From NCBI GenBank assembly GCA_002633005.1, contig NMRA01000039.1, positions 786,335 to 850,334 of the forward strand: DNA of 64,000 nt, in the 5' to 3' direction. The notes below the pieces were generated by a model. That model saw only the letters and a program-made list of their open reading frames with translations. It did no database searches and was not told the origin of the DNA. A program made the position numbers and the translations under genes. Within the stretch, counting starts at the first letter, position 1, and every line of letters starts with the position of its first letter. Positions 13,401 to 25,400 of the stretch are shown here, piece by piece. Origin of the DNA: Phoronis australis. Its lineage: Eukaryota > Animalia > Phoronida.

Positions 13401-16400
13401 ATTGTTAAAACATCAAAAATCAAATTCAGAGTTAAAATCTATAGTTTTGAAAATATTTGACTAAATACACAGACACGTGGACAACAGGGCTTGGAATGAC
13501 CAATGACAAAAAACGCGGAAACTTTGAAACTTTTACGGCCCAAATCATGCCCGATAACCAGCCTTCAAATGGTCAATGTGAACCTTTCCCAAACAAAAAT
13601 CGGGAGGACTAATAAAAAACGTTACCACCATCAGTAGCATGCGTCTGCGTCCTTTTAGCTCGCCCGTCCACTCCCAACCCACACATTTTTGGCTGCAGAG
13701 CGGTAGTATTTGTCGCCGCGCTTAACAATAACACGAGACGCCATTGAAAATCCCACCACGCTGTCCCAGATGCCCCGGCAATGTTGACAATTTACGTTCC
13801 TCCGAAACATAAAGAGCAACTTCCGCTTTTCGAGGTGAACGTCGTCTGCAACGCCGCGGTAAGAAAGGAATTTGCCGCGGAAATTTTATATCAAATCCGA
13901 TTTTTTTTCGCGGAAATATTATAAAAAAAGCGGAAAGCACATTTGAAAAAAGCGGAAATCCGCGTTTCCGCGGAAAATTCCAAGCCCTGGGACAAGGTCT
14001 TACACAACATTAACCCAAACGGGTAAGGCAGTACGAACAGCCCACACGGGGTTAATATTGCTGGATCACAGTCAACCGTGTGCTCTTACCAGATGTCATA
14101 CTAGCCAACGCCGGCCCATTGGACGCCACAGGCGATGATAGGGGTACACTATCATAGCTTACCCCACTGGACGCAATAGACGAGACGGATGGATGACGGG
14201 TTGAGTAAAAACACTTTAAAGGAACAACTGCAAAAAGCATTGTTATACAATTTGAAATGTTTACCACCATACGCAACAAAAATGATAGGACAAAATAATG
14301 TGCAGATCTCTCATGATACCTGATGCTAACAGAATTTCGAGTCATGGCAGCTGACTGTTGGAAGAACTCCCCGTCGTAACTGTTAACCACCAGCGGAATA
14401 CCTGTCATTACAGCTGACCGCCAACGGAATTCAGTCATGAAGGCTGACCACCAGAAGAATTCACTGTCATAACGGCTGAACGCCTGCGGAATTTCCGTCT
14501 CAATGGCTGGTCTCGAGCATAATTTCTTGCTGTAACGACTGACTGGCAGTGGAATTCACTGTCATAATAGCTGACCGCCAGTGGAATTCATTGCCATAAC
14601 GGTTGACCGCAAGTGGAATTCTGGTCATAACAGCTGAATGCATGCGGAAGTTACCATTGGAGTACCAAGATAGACCAGTAATGATGAGTCATGTCTGAGG
14701 CAACGAACAGTTTTTGAAAAAATGAACAAAAATCTCATGAACCACTAAACCTCTAACAAAACAAAGTTACTGAACAAAGTAATTCAAAAAATGAGAGCAA
14801 ACAAGAAATATTTCGAAAATTCTAAAATTTATAACTTAACAGTGCTTCGACTTACCTTCCCCAAAAGATTTGATTTCCTGAAAAACAAAAAAAATGTGGA
14901 CATGATAAAAACACAATGTCAGTGCAGACAAGCTGATTATTTTTTTTCATGTTTGTGGCCAAACAACAAACATATTGTCAGTGACAGGTGGTTCTAGAAT
15001 ATCAAGCCTGTTGGCAGGTGCATAGAGGATTGAAACTTTGTCCCTATTAGGTCAAGCATACCAGACCCGAACAATTACAACAAACTTCCCTCTGTCCGGT
15101 CGCCATTGCTTTTGCCGACTTCACACCCCACACCCCACCCCTGCAGCTGCCAACAGGTATCGCTACCGATGCTGAAAATTATTCTGGGGCATGTGCCCTA
15201 ACCCAGCACATCCTACAGCCCTGGCTTTGTGAAAATACAAATCCCGACTATGGCTTTACAGATTTGATTAAAGTAGAACACACATAGCTACTGATCACTC
15301 CTCACGTAATATACATGCAGTCACACCCATGAAGGAAAACGCCAAGAAAATCGGAATCGAAAAAGGACAGAAAAAGTAGTGTGACTCGTAGATCTTGTAA
15401 GTCGACCCACATAGATTTGAGGTACCGGTAGGTCCATTGACATATGTTATCTCTGGCATCCTCCATGGACAGTCGAAATGAAACTCTTTCTACAGCATGA
15501 TACACTCGATGTTACCAAGACTTTCATGAAATGTAGCCCTGATGGCTGTTTATGGTCTTGCAACCATTTTGGCAATAAATTTCAACTTTTCAGTAGAACC
15601 ACAGCAATTCGACCTGCTCACTTCATTTCGTGAACTCTGACCCTGGGATCTAATACTTGTACTTGAAATCGAACTGTCTTTGAAATTTTCTGTTCTACTG
15701 TTGTACAAACTCAAGATAGAAGTCTACTCCAATGTGCTCGAGCACACTGTTATGTACATCTACTGTAACAAATAATGTGCTCTAGCACACTGTTATGTAC
15801 ATCTACAATAATGTGCTCTAGCACACTGTTATGTACATCTACAATAATGTGCTCGAGCACACTGTTATGTACATCTACAATAATGTGCTCTAGCACACTG
15901 TTATGTACATCTACAATAATGTGCTCTAGCACACTGTTATGTACATCTACAATAATGTGCTCTAGCACACTGTTATTTACATGAATGACTGTTTTATCCT
16001 GACTTGCAGATGATGACAACAGCAATAATTTTGAGCTTTTGCTAAAACATTGTGTTTTTACGACAGTTAATAGCCTGAAACTAGGGTCATTGAGCTTGAT
16101 CTAGGAATAGACACTCATTTGCATAAACCATAGCAATACTCAAGTAGAGAAAAACTGCCAATTATCCTGAGTTTGCAGAACAGAAAATTTCAAAACAAAT
16201 TTCAAGACCATTACGAGTACAAGGATTACAGTAGACCAAGGGCCTTGTGACATGAGGGAGATAAATGGATATTATGCTATTATCATCCCTTAACTATACA
16301 GGAAACCTTTAAGTTAATAATTCATGTCATAAGTAAATAAGAAATTAGCCTACAGGAAATTTGAGAATCCATGACTACACGCTGTAGCTCTTTCTGAACT

Positions 16401-19400
16401 AATAATTAATACAATAATCAGAGTAGGTTGAGAATCTCCAAGAATAGATCCACAAGATATTTTCGGTTTCATCCACTAATTATGACATGACCTGATGTTA
16501 AATAATTTATCCCTGGCCTTGTTTTCTAATTTTTGAAATGCGTAACGTCACCGGAAAAACTTAATTGTTACACTGAACAACCTAGCAACTGATAAAAACG
16601 TGACACAGTTCACATTTATGGTTAGCGCTCATCTGGCTTCACAAACGACTAATGAAATGTCTGTCAGTTCAAACATATGAATGACATGGTCATTCCTGCT
16701 TAAGATTGGGCTTATAACTTTTGATACAGGGCAAACTTGGCATAATTATAGCACTCAGAAAACAAGCATAGCATAATTTAAAGTTGTATTTGCCCTGTTC
16801 AGCTGGCTAAAAACGAAAACTGAGTTGGGGTTTATACTTTCATAAAATTGGTCTCGTACTATTCCCTATCGTAACATTCCATTTGCGTTACCAATTGAGT
16901 TCACAGTCAATGCTTACATCTGCTGTTTTCGGACGAGCAATTTTAGAGTTGGCCAAGTGTTTCCATGGGTCACTGATGGTCATGAAGTTCTTTAGGTTTA
17001 ACAAACCCAAACAAACTGTGAAGTATTTTTGAATCATTGGTGGTTTCCATGTTCTTGTTGGCAATGGAAATAGAATCTTATCAAGAAAATAAGTACGAGA
17101 GACTGATTTTATTGGAGTAAAAAGACTAATTCGATTTTTGTTTTTAGCCAGCTAAACAGGACGAAATAAAAGGTAAATGAAATATGCACAGAAGGAAGTT
17201 CGTGACCTTGATTAACCAATGAGAGTAAATTTCGCAATGTGAGGTGTCACTTGTTTAATATTCAACTTATTCGTCAACTAGCATAAAATATCAAATCAGT
17301 CAGTAATAAAAACAGTCAGCAGAGGGCATTACATATCAAAAAAAAGCCCATAATGTAACATAATTTCTGGGCATGGAAACAATTCAGTTCATTAAGGCTT
17401 GAGGCAAGGCTCAACAAATCAGCTTGTCATGATCACAAGCTGTGCCCAACTATCAATGCTTTCCACGACCAGAAAACACTTCACCTGAATAAAGAACAAG
17501 TTTGGACCAGTTTTAAAGTGGCAAATGGAATAAACCAAAAGTACAAATTTAAAAAAGTTCATTCCTTTAATGGAACCCAAGTTTAAAGCTCCTTTGGACG
17601 GGAAGTCGGACTGTAGCAGCTTTAAGTGCAGGTCTTGAATAATAAATGAAATGCCCAGAGTTAATGTAAATTTACACTTAATTCAGAGCATTTCATTTAT
17701 CATTTAACACCTGTGTTTAAAGCTGTTGTAAGCCAGAATCCTATCAAAGTAACTTTACTTTTTGTTCAAACCAGCACTTTTCTCAACTTCTTCTTTACTC
17801 AAATGAGAAGCAATTTCTAGGCTTGACAAGAATGGACAGTTCTTAAATGCTTTAGACCATGTCAATGAATAACACGACAAGGCAACTCATTGAGCCTTTG
17901 CTCTGTTTCATGAAAAATGACTTATTAAGATAGAAATTTGTTCTTCCACTCCCACTCTACAATAACTGAATAAATGCTTAGCCATGTAAATTGTTAGCAC
18001 ATCGTAGCTTAGAAATAACTGATACAAAATTATCTCAATAACTGTTGACTATAAGCTATAGGTATATTCCCAGGGACCTAGCATTTTTGCTCAAGTGAGA
18101 TTTAATCATTTTTCAGAAACAGTTAAGTGGATTATATCAGTTTTTAGCCACAAAAAGATCAAAAACCGGACAATCGCCGCACAAATAAAAAAGTTCATGT
18201 TCAATTCAACGTTTCGTCTTTTCATTAGGCATCATCAGGATCACATTTACAACAATTTAGGACAACAAGTGCCAACATACAGCTCAGGTAACATCCATAG
18301 AGTGAAGTGAGAGATACATAGAATATGGTCAGTAGCTGGTCATCACCATAGCTGCAGGGTCACAGAGCTCTGCATGTTATTCAGAGAATCAGTGGCATGC
18401 TGGTTCTGAATGGCCAGTGACTCTTTAATGTACAGTAACTCCTTATTAGGTTCTCTGCAGATAATACTAACAGAGTTGGCTTGGTGATTGTAGCTAATAC
18501 AATGCCTATATATGTTGCTTTTCTCTGAGGTGTGATGTTCTTTCAACCTGTCACAGAGGCGTCTCTGTGCGAGTCCTACATAGAATTCCTTACAGTTGTC
18601 ACATTCAACCTTATACACAACATTGCTCTTGTTCAATAAAGGGATGGGTGACTTCAGTTTACACAGCATATTGGAAAGTTTCTACGTCACTATCAAAATT
18701 TAAATTGGTAAAGCAGATTCTCCAGGCACAGTGTAACAAGCAATCGACTAGTGCCTGGAGAATCTGCTTTACCAATTTAAATTTTGATAGTGACGTAGCT
18801 ATGATTTTCCAGTTATTGCGTTCCAATGGTTACCCTTTGAATTTTCTGAATATCTGTAAAAGGCACTTTCTTTCAAAAATGAATGAGGCAGATAAGATAG
18901 CTGTTATTGGACCCGAGAAAAAGTTTTCTTTTCTCTTGGTTACACCGGGCCAAGTAGTACAAAATTGAAACGCCAATTATCTCGCCTTATTCATTGCATA
19001 GACCCAGCAGTTGAACTGATAGTTGTTTTCAAACCCTTTCGGAAACTTAAGTTAAGAGGAGCATAAGATCAACTTTCTGACCAAAGTCTTTAAGTCACCC
19101 TTTAAGAAGCAGATCTCTGGTCTAAGTAATAACAACTTTTAACTAATTACGCATTGCAAACCATACCGATTTTACGGCATTAAAGCATGTTTTAATAGTT
19201 TTATAGAGCCAGCTTTGACTGGTGGCTAATTGATTCACCTGCTGGTAATACAGATGCTCTGGGCTGTACCTTAATACCATTTCACAGCTATCACAGAAGT
19301 GAAATGCAGTGCTGACACCTGGTGACACCTGGAGGCAACACCTTTCATTGCTCATCAGGCAAGACCAGAGTGGCACCAAGTGTGAACTGAGCTTACCTCT

Positions 19401-22400
19401 TTCAAGTGGTCGCTGTCATACAGAAAGCGTGTCGTGTGAGCCAAGTCTTCGTCAATTTTACGATCAGAGACAAATAGCTGAAAGCACGTTAATTTAACAA
19501 AGTAGTGTATTTATTTCATGCCGCATAAAACACAAAAGTGTATTGATTAAGGGAAGGCCCTATGAAGGACTTCACAGCCCGTTGACCCCAGGGCATGCTA
19601 AACAGGTAATTATAAACAATTAAAAGATACACAGTAAATATGGTGAACAAATAAACAAATAAACAAATATGACAATGAAATTGTCTTTTCATGAACAAAT
19701 TAACATTAATAATAATAAGACATTAAGGTTACATTTACCCCATTTCACAAAAAAATCATTAAAAACATTGGCGCTAACTATATGGAAAATCCCAGAGACA
19801 TGGTTTTTGAGCATTTCTATCGAAGTTTTAATACAGCAAATTTGACAAATGCTGGTGAAATGACTTTTTCACGTGACTATGAGAATGGTACAGTACTGTA
19901 AAAGACATGATTACATTTGTCTCCATTCCTAGTTTAAGAAAACACACACCTTCGTGAATTGGCAGTTGCTAGTTACTTATATAGCTCAAGAAAAAAAGTT
20001 AATTAGGACTACGTGTAACCTCAAATAACATCAAATAATATTGTTGTTGAATGACTTAACTAAATTCTTACATAGTTACAAAACAGCAGTTGGCAACGGT
20101 GCAATAAAGACGATACTCATCAAAGCAACGATTTCTAACATAATGTATTCAAATGATGAACTTCCCTAAACCTTGAGCCAGGCCACTTGGTTGGCAAGTA
20201 GTTTTTAATTTGCATGGATGACTATCGCGTTATATGTTGCTCTAACATATTTGTAATCTCAAATTGTGTTTTGTACTTTGGTCCAGCAATATTTACAATG
20301 TTAAGGTCAGTAGAGAATAGTTTTTTGGCTAAAATATTGGTCTGAAAATCCATTTTGCGAAAAAAACTGTAATTGTAAGAAAGCATTAAGGCTGTACATG
20401 TAAGCACGGTCAGGTTAAAAATTCTCACATGAAAAGCGGAATTGTGGTTGTTGACTTGAAGAAAATTTCCAAACTTTTAGATTCAGGAGGTGAAAACGAT
20501 TCCAAGGTCATCACCTATAAATTCCAGCTGCAACCCTTTAAACCCCAGTCTAGACACCAAACCCACAGTACAAATCTGTGACACCCCCAAACTCCACACA
20601 TGCATTGAATACATGATATACCCAGTGATCAAACTCCAGCCTCACAAATTATCCAGACGATCCTCATGACTGGAGTTCAGGGACTGTAATGAAGCGTTCT
20701 CAGTGAGTGTGTGGAATATAGAGGTGCCGTCATGGAACTGTTTCCAATACTGACGGTTTACAGATGAAGGTTAACAGAAGATGAAACCCAGAAGCTCAGT
20801 TGGAGTAAACTCATGATAAAACAGTCAACAAGGATTGGCCACAACAAAAAGATGACCTTGAGATAAGATATAAAAACTTTGGCTAAAGTGTAAGACAAGT
20901 GCCCTAGACACGTGACGATACCTTGATTTCCGAGCGCAATGCCTGAATCTGTTCCTCGTTCATCGTCTGGGCGCGCTCAATCTTCATCTTCAGTTCCACT
21001 GCTTTGTCCTGACGACTTTGCAAGACTTCATCTGGAACCGGGCAAAGCGGACAATAACAGAGGGTCACTTGGGCTCAATCTGGGATGGGTCTCTGAAACG
21101 TACGGTTTTAAGGGGGACGTGGGCATGTGCAGTTTTAGCCTATCATATCTGCTCTTAACATACAATGCACACCGTAAGTAATCAGACAAAACGACCCAGA
21201 ATTCCCCGACACTATGGTTGGGTGAAATCAGAATTCATCATCTTAGTTTTCGTTTTAAGCAACCTTTGATTTTTTATGAAAATCTTAAGACCTATTTTTG
21301 ATAGACCCTCATGCAACAAAGTTTTTCAAAACAATTCCTCAGAGGCTCTTGAAGAACAGTGTACAAATCATAGTACTCTGAAAGTTTCACATAAACCCAA
21401 TCAGCCATTTCCGAGACATGATGTTTCAAAATAAGCCAAATAAGCATATTTTAAATAATCTGACATCAGACTTCTTTTCCTTTGCAACTCTTGTTAAAAT
21501 TCCACAGCCACAGTTACTGTACACTCGTTTTAAGAGTTTAAAAACATTTATTAGTCCATGAAAAGAAGATTACACAGGCAAGCCAACACTTAACATGTAT
21601 CAGGTGTTTGGTGAATAGTAACAACTAAACATCAGCTGTATTCTTGAACTGTATCTGACATGGTACCCTAAGCCCTAGGCCATACTCATCTGCTTATCTG
21701 ACTTTCTCATAAAATTAGTTTCAAGAGGACCAAAGATTAAAGGCAGCTTTCCAACGCGTTGAAATGGCTTTCCATCCAAGACAGATGTTAGCCTTAGGCA
21801 AGAGTTTGTAAGCGCTGGAAGGCTATGCTGCCCACAAAACATGAACCAGTGTTGTGTCTCTGGCAAAGATTTTCCCTCGAGAAAATCCTTTCCATTCTCG
21901 TAACTCGGAAGAACACATTTATGTGAAGAAAATTCATCTGTGAATGCTTTAGATAAGCCAAAGGCGCTACCTGACCATGGACTGCTTGCTTCCCTATACC
22001 GAAAGTTAGGAATTTGCCGTGAGCCCAACCAAATTCCATTCTAAGTTTCTACAGGGCTCCAAACACATGTGCCAGACAATTAAGCTATTTCACAAATAGA
22101 CTTATTTGAGCCCCATGCTTCATAAATTAGGATACGTCTGAGTCAGAATATTCTAAAAGGAATATAAAGTGTTAGAGGTACTGAATCTTCCAATGCAGGG
22201 TGCTATCACAGATGTCGCACTTATGAGCTAATTTACCATCAAACGTTTGAAATTGTATATTTTTGTAAACACAATTTGCAATTAGTAATCGCTCTCAGTT
22301 TTTCTACTGCCAATTTGGCCAACACCAACATCGTGAAGAGACCCCCCCATATAAATGGCTACATTCGGGTAAATCGTGTGGGTCCCTTATCACACTAACG

Positions 22401-25400
22401 TCCATCCGCTTTATTTAATACGCTCTCAATCTATTGAGATGTCAAAAAGATGGACCAATATTTACCAAGACCACATATTAGACGGTGAGTGACCCATTGG
22501 GAATGTGAACTCCCTGAATTAAATTACTGAAACAAAGGGTTAGTCACAAAATATGAACAAAAACCTTAATTTTCAAAGTTACAAATGGCTTTTGATACAA
22601 ATAACAGTGAAATTCTATTTTGTTAAATTTCTCCGCAAAAGTAAACATCAAGGATATTTCATTCTGTTACAAGCATGCTCTGCAGTGCGTAGATGTCATA
22701 AAACAACATTTGCTAAAAGTTCACATTAACTGCAAAAAGGATATTCAGACATTGAAAATTGGAAAGACTTCCATTTTGGCAATGATTTTTGAGTTAAATA
22801 AGTGGAAATTACTGTCAAATCTCATCAATTAAGGACACAATACAGCAGACAAGTGAACATATATTTTTCCTCATAATTTATTTCATAAAAGATACATAGC
22901 ACTAAATTAATGCTTTACAGTGTTCAAATTCTGCATCACAGCTACCATCAGTGAATATTTTGAAAAAATGTCAGCATTCATAACAAAGATAGAAAACCTT
23001 GAAAAATAAAAACAAGTAATTTTGGCAATTACTTTTGTCCAAAGTTAGTGAGATTTTGCCATACCATATGATCGAAGAGCAATATTAGGCTCTAATGGAA
23101 AGCAATGCTGCGCCTACATGAGGCAAAAATCAGGGACACTCACATGCTTCCTCCTTCAGCTGGTCTAAATGCTGGACGACAACTACCTCACGCTCGCTCA
23201 ACTCTCGCCTAGCCTCCTCGAACACGTCCTTGACATTCTTGAAAGACTTGTCGAGCTCTGTGCCAAGTACCAGCCTTAGCCGTTGTAGTGAGCTCGTCTG
23301 ACGGGCCAAGTCTTTCACCGACTTCTCTAATCCTACAAAAGACACAAGCTCGCTAATGGCAAGTCTTAGATAATAAGAATAAAAAATCCTGAAACAAAAA
23401 AACAATTTGGTGACATGATGAAAAGTCACCTTAGACCCATTGTGCAACTCAAACCAATTTTTCCACCCCTCGGGCGCCACCCCTCATCACCGTTTTCTAG
23501 AAGTGATTCAGCCTTGAGGTGAATTTTCAATCATTGGAGAGTATCTTTTAAACCTGACGAGGGTAATTTTGCGGGACTTTAAAATATTTTTCATAGGTAA
23601 TTGTATCCCGATATTCACCCCCAAAATTGAACCATCGAGGGCCTTACAAGAGGACGTCAAGAATTCAAGACACAATCCCTGCTTGTGAAAAAAAAATGTA
23701 TTAACCAACACTTAATTAGTTGAATACATGACACTTGTCGTTATTAACAATCTTTATTCCATTCCGTTCGTATCCTCATAACAAAGTTTGAAAAGCGTCA
23801 TGTATTCATCCTATTTTGCATATTGGAAAACTTGCTCCTGAAGTACAGGCACGAACACCAAAATGAAGTTTTGTAATTTTTATGTCACAAGGAATTTAAA
23901 ATCTAAATCACCGAAACGTTCCACTTGTTTTGGGGCATATTCATGTGCGAACACACAGCTTGACAAACCAGAGTGTACCCATGAGCCTTACCAGCATGTG
24001 GTCTCCTTTTCGTGTCATCGTGCACCGTCTGCGAGTGACTTCCATCACCTGCATGACTGTGCTTGAGACTGTGGTCATGTTTGTGACTGTGACTAACACT
24101 GTGACTGTGACTTGTGCTGTGACTGTGACCATGACTTGGACTTCTACTGTGAGGTTTCTCTGCAAAAAGCAAAGGACACCGTTACCATTAAAAAATATAA
24201 AAAAAGTTGTCAACCTATCAACCACAGGGGAAGTGTTTGCCAGTTTACGTGATGGCATTGTTCAGATTCATCAGTTAAAGTTGCATTTTAAAGAAAACCG
24301 TTAGAAAATTGTCAATTTAAATGGGGTTGCCAATCCTGCTATTTGAAAACGGCTATCAGGGACTTCGAGTCAAAAACAAGCCAGTCACATGACACAACAA
24401 TTACCGTTTTCCACAAAAACATCGTACCTTACTTTGTCCGATAGTGCCCTTCGGTTAAGAACTCAAATTTGTGACAACTAAACAGGGTGGAGGGCAGAAC
24501 AGCTTTAATTCACAGTAATGAGGGCCATCTTGGAAAGCAGTGCTATCACTGAAGAGGCCACCCTTATTTTAAATATCACAATAATAAATAAATAAATAAA
24601 TGATCAAATCACATCGCCCCAGTAGACATAGCCAGCCTTATAGAACTGAGACAAGACGGCAATGGGTTTACGGCTCGGCTTTTCGTGGCTTACTGAAGCC
24701 AAGGGAGACGGTAGTGGTTTGGTCATGATCCAAAGGCATTGATAAAGACTTAAGTGTGTTCATAGATATCGTCTGGGTGAGACGAAACAACATGGCTTAG
24801 TGGTTCGCCGTCCCTAGTGTCTGGGTGAGACAGTGTGGGTTAGAGGTTTGACCCCCTTGGCTTAGCAGAATGCCCCCCCCCCCTCTCTGCACACACACAC
24901 ACATCCAAATGAAAGACTTGTGTTCAAATACCAGTTACAACAACAGACAAATGGGCATTACAGTGACATGTCCAATGTTCCACTGAGGTCCATTTCAGCA
25001 ATGGATCAGTGAAACAGGATAACAGATAATGGAAGACACTTTCCAAGGGACAAGTTGAAACTAAAAATTTACCTATAGGCAAGATAAAAGTAACACCATG
25101 CAGATTGAAAAATTAAACAATGTCAAAAACATTTTGATGCATTTTTATACCTTTAATCACTAACTTTATCATCCGCCTACGACTACGCCATCAGATTAAT
25201 TAATTTTCCCTAACATAACTAACCTCATGAGGTTTGAAATGCAGATCATTCGGATGAAAATTAATATTTACATAACCATTTGACAGGTGTTTCTTGATTT
25301 ATACGAGCAATAGTGGAGTTACATTTAGAGGTCAATAATGATTTATTTATTTCACCAGGTGCCTTAAAGTTTTAATATATTTAACTGCAGGAGGTTTGAA

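Larger units (their letters stand above)
18150..19050. mobile_element. Penelope-like retroelement relic, 5'-truncated and internally inverted: RT thumb/linker on + (~18751-19048); GIY-YIG endonuclease and 3' pLTR on - (18680-18150)
   Basis: The minus ORF has [25 protein letters not shown]...HC...H...KES..I...LN, typical of the PLE GIY-YIG domain. The plus frame has [10 protein letters not shown]...(frameshift)GYTG..S.KLKRQL...VVFKP. The two parts join logically at GAAACTT microhomology. Confidence 0.88.

Noticed and set aside
15731-15981. CRISPR-like 36-bp palindromic repeats
   Set aside because: Head-to-tail units with no unique spacers, no cas genes, eukaryotic intron context; this is a minisatellite.
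19500-19950. Possible CR1/L2 LINE 3' tail on the minus strand
   Set aside because: The resemblance is impressionistic; no translatable diagnostic motif was recovered.
23930-24304. Overlapping V/T-rich ORFs on both strands
   Set aside because: Alternative frames of the His/Ser hexamer repeat; only the His frame fits the splice phases.
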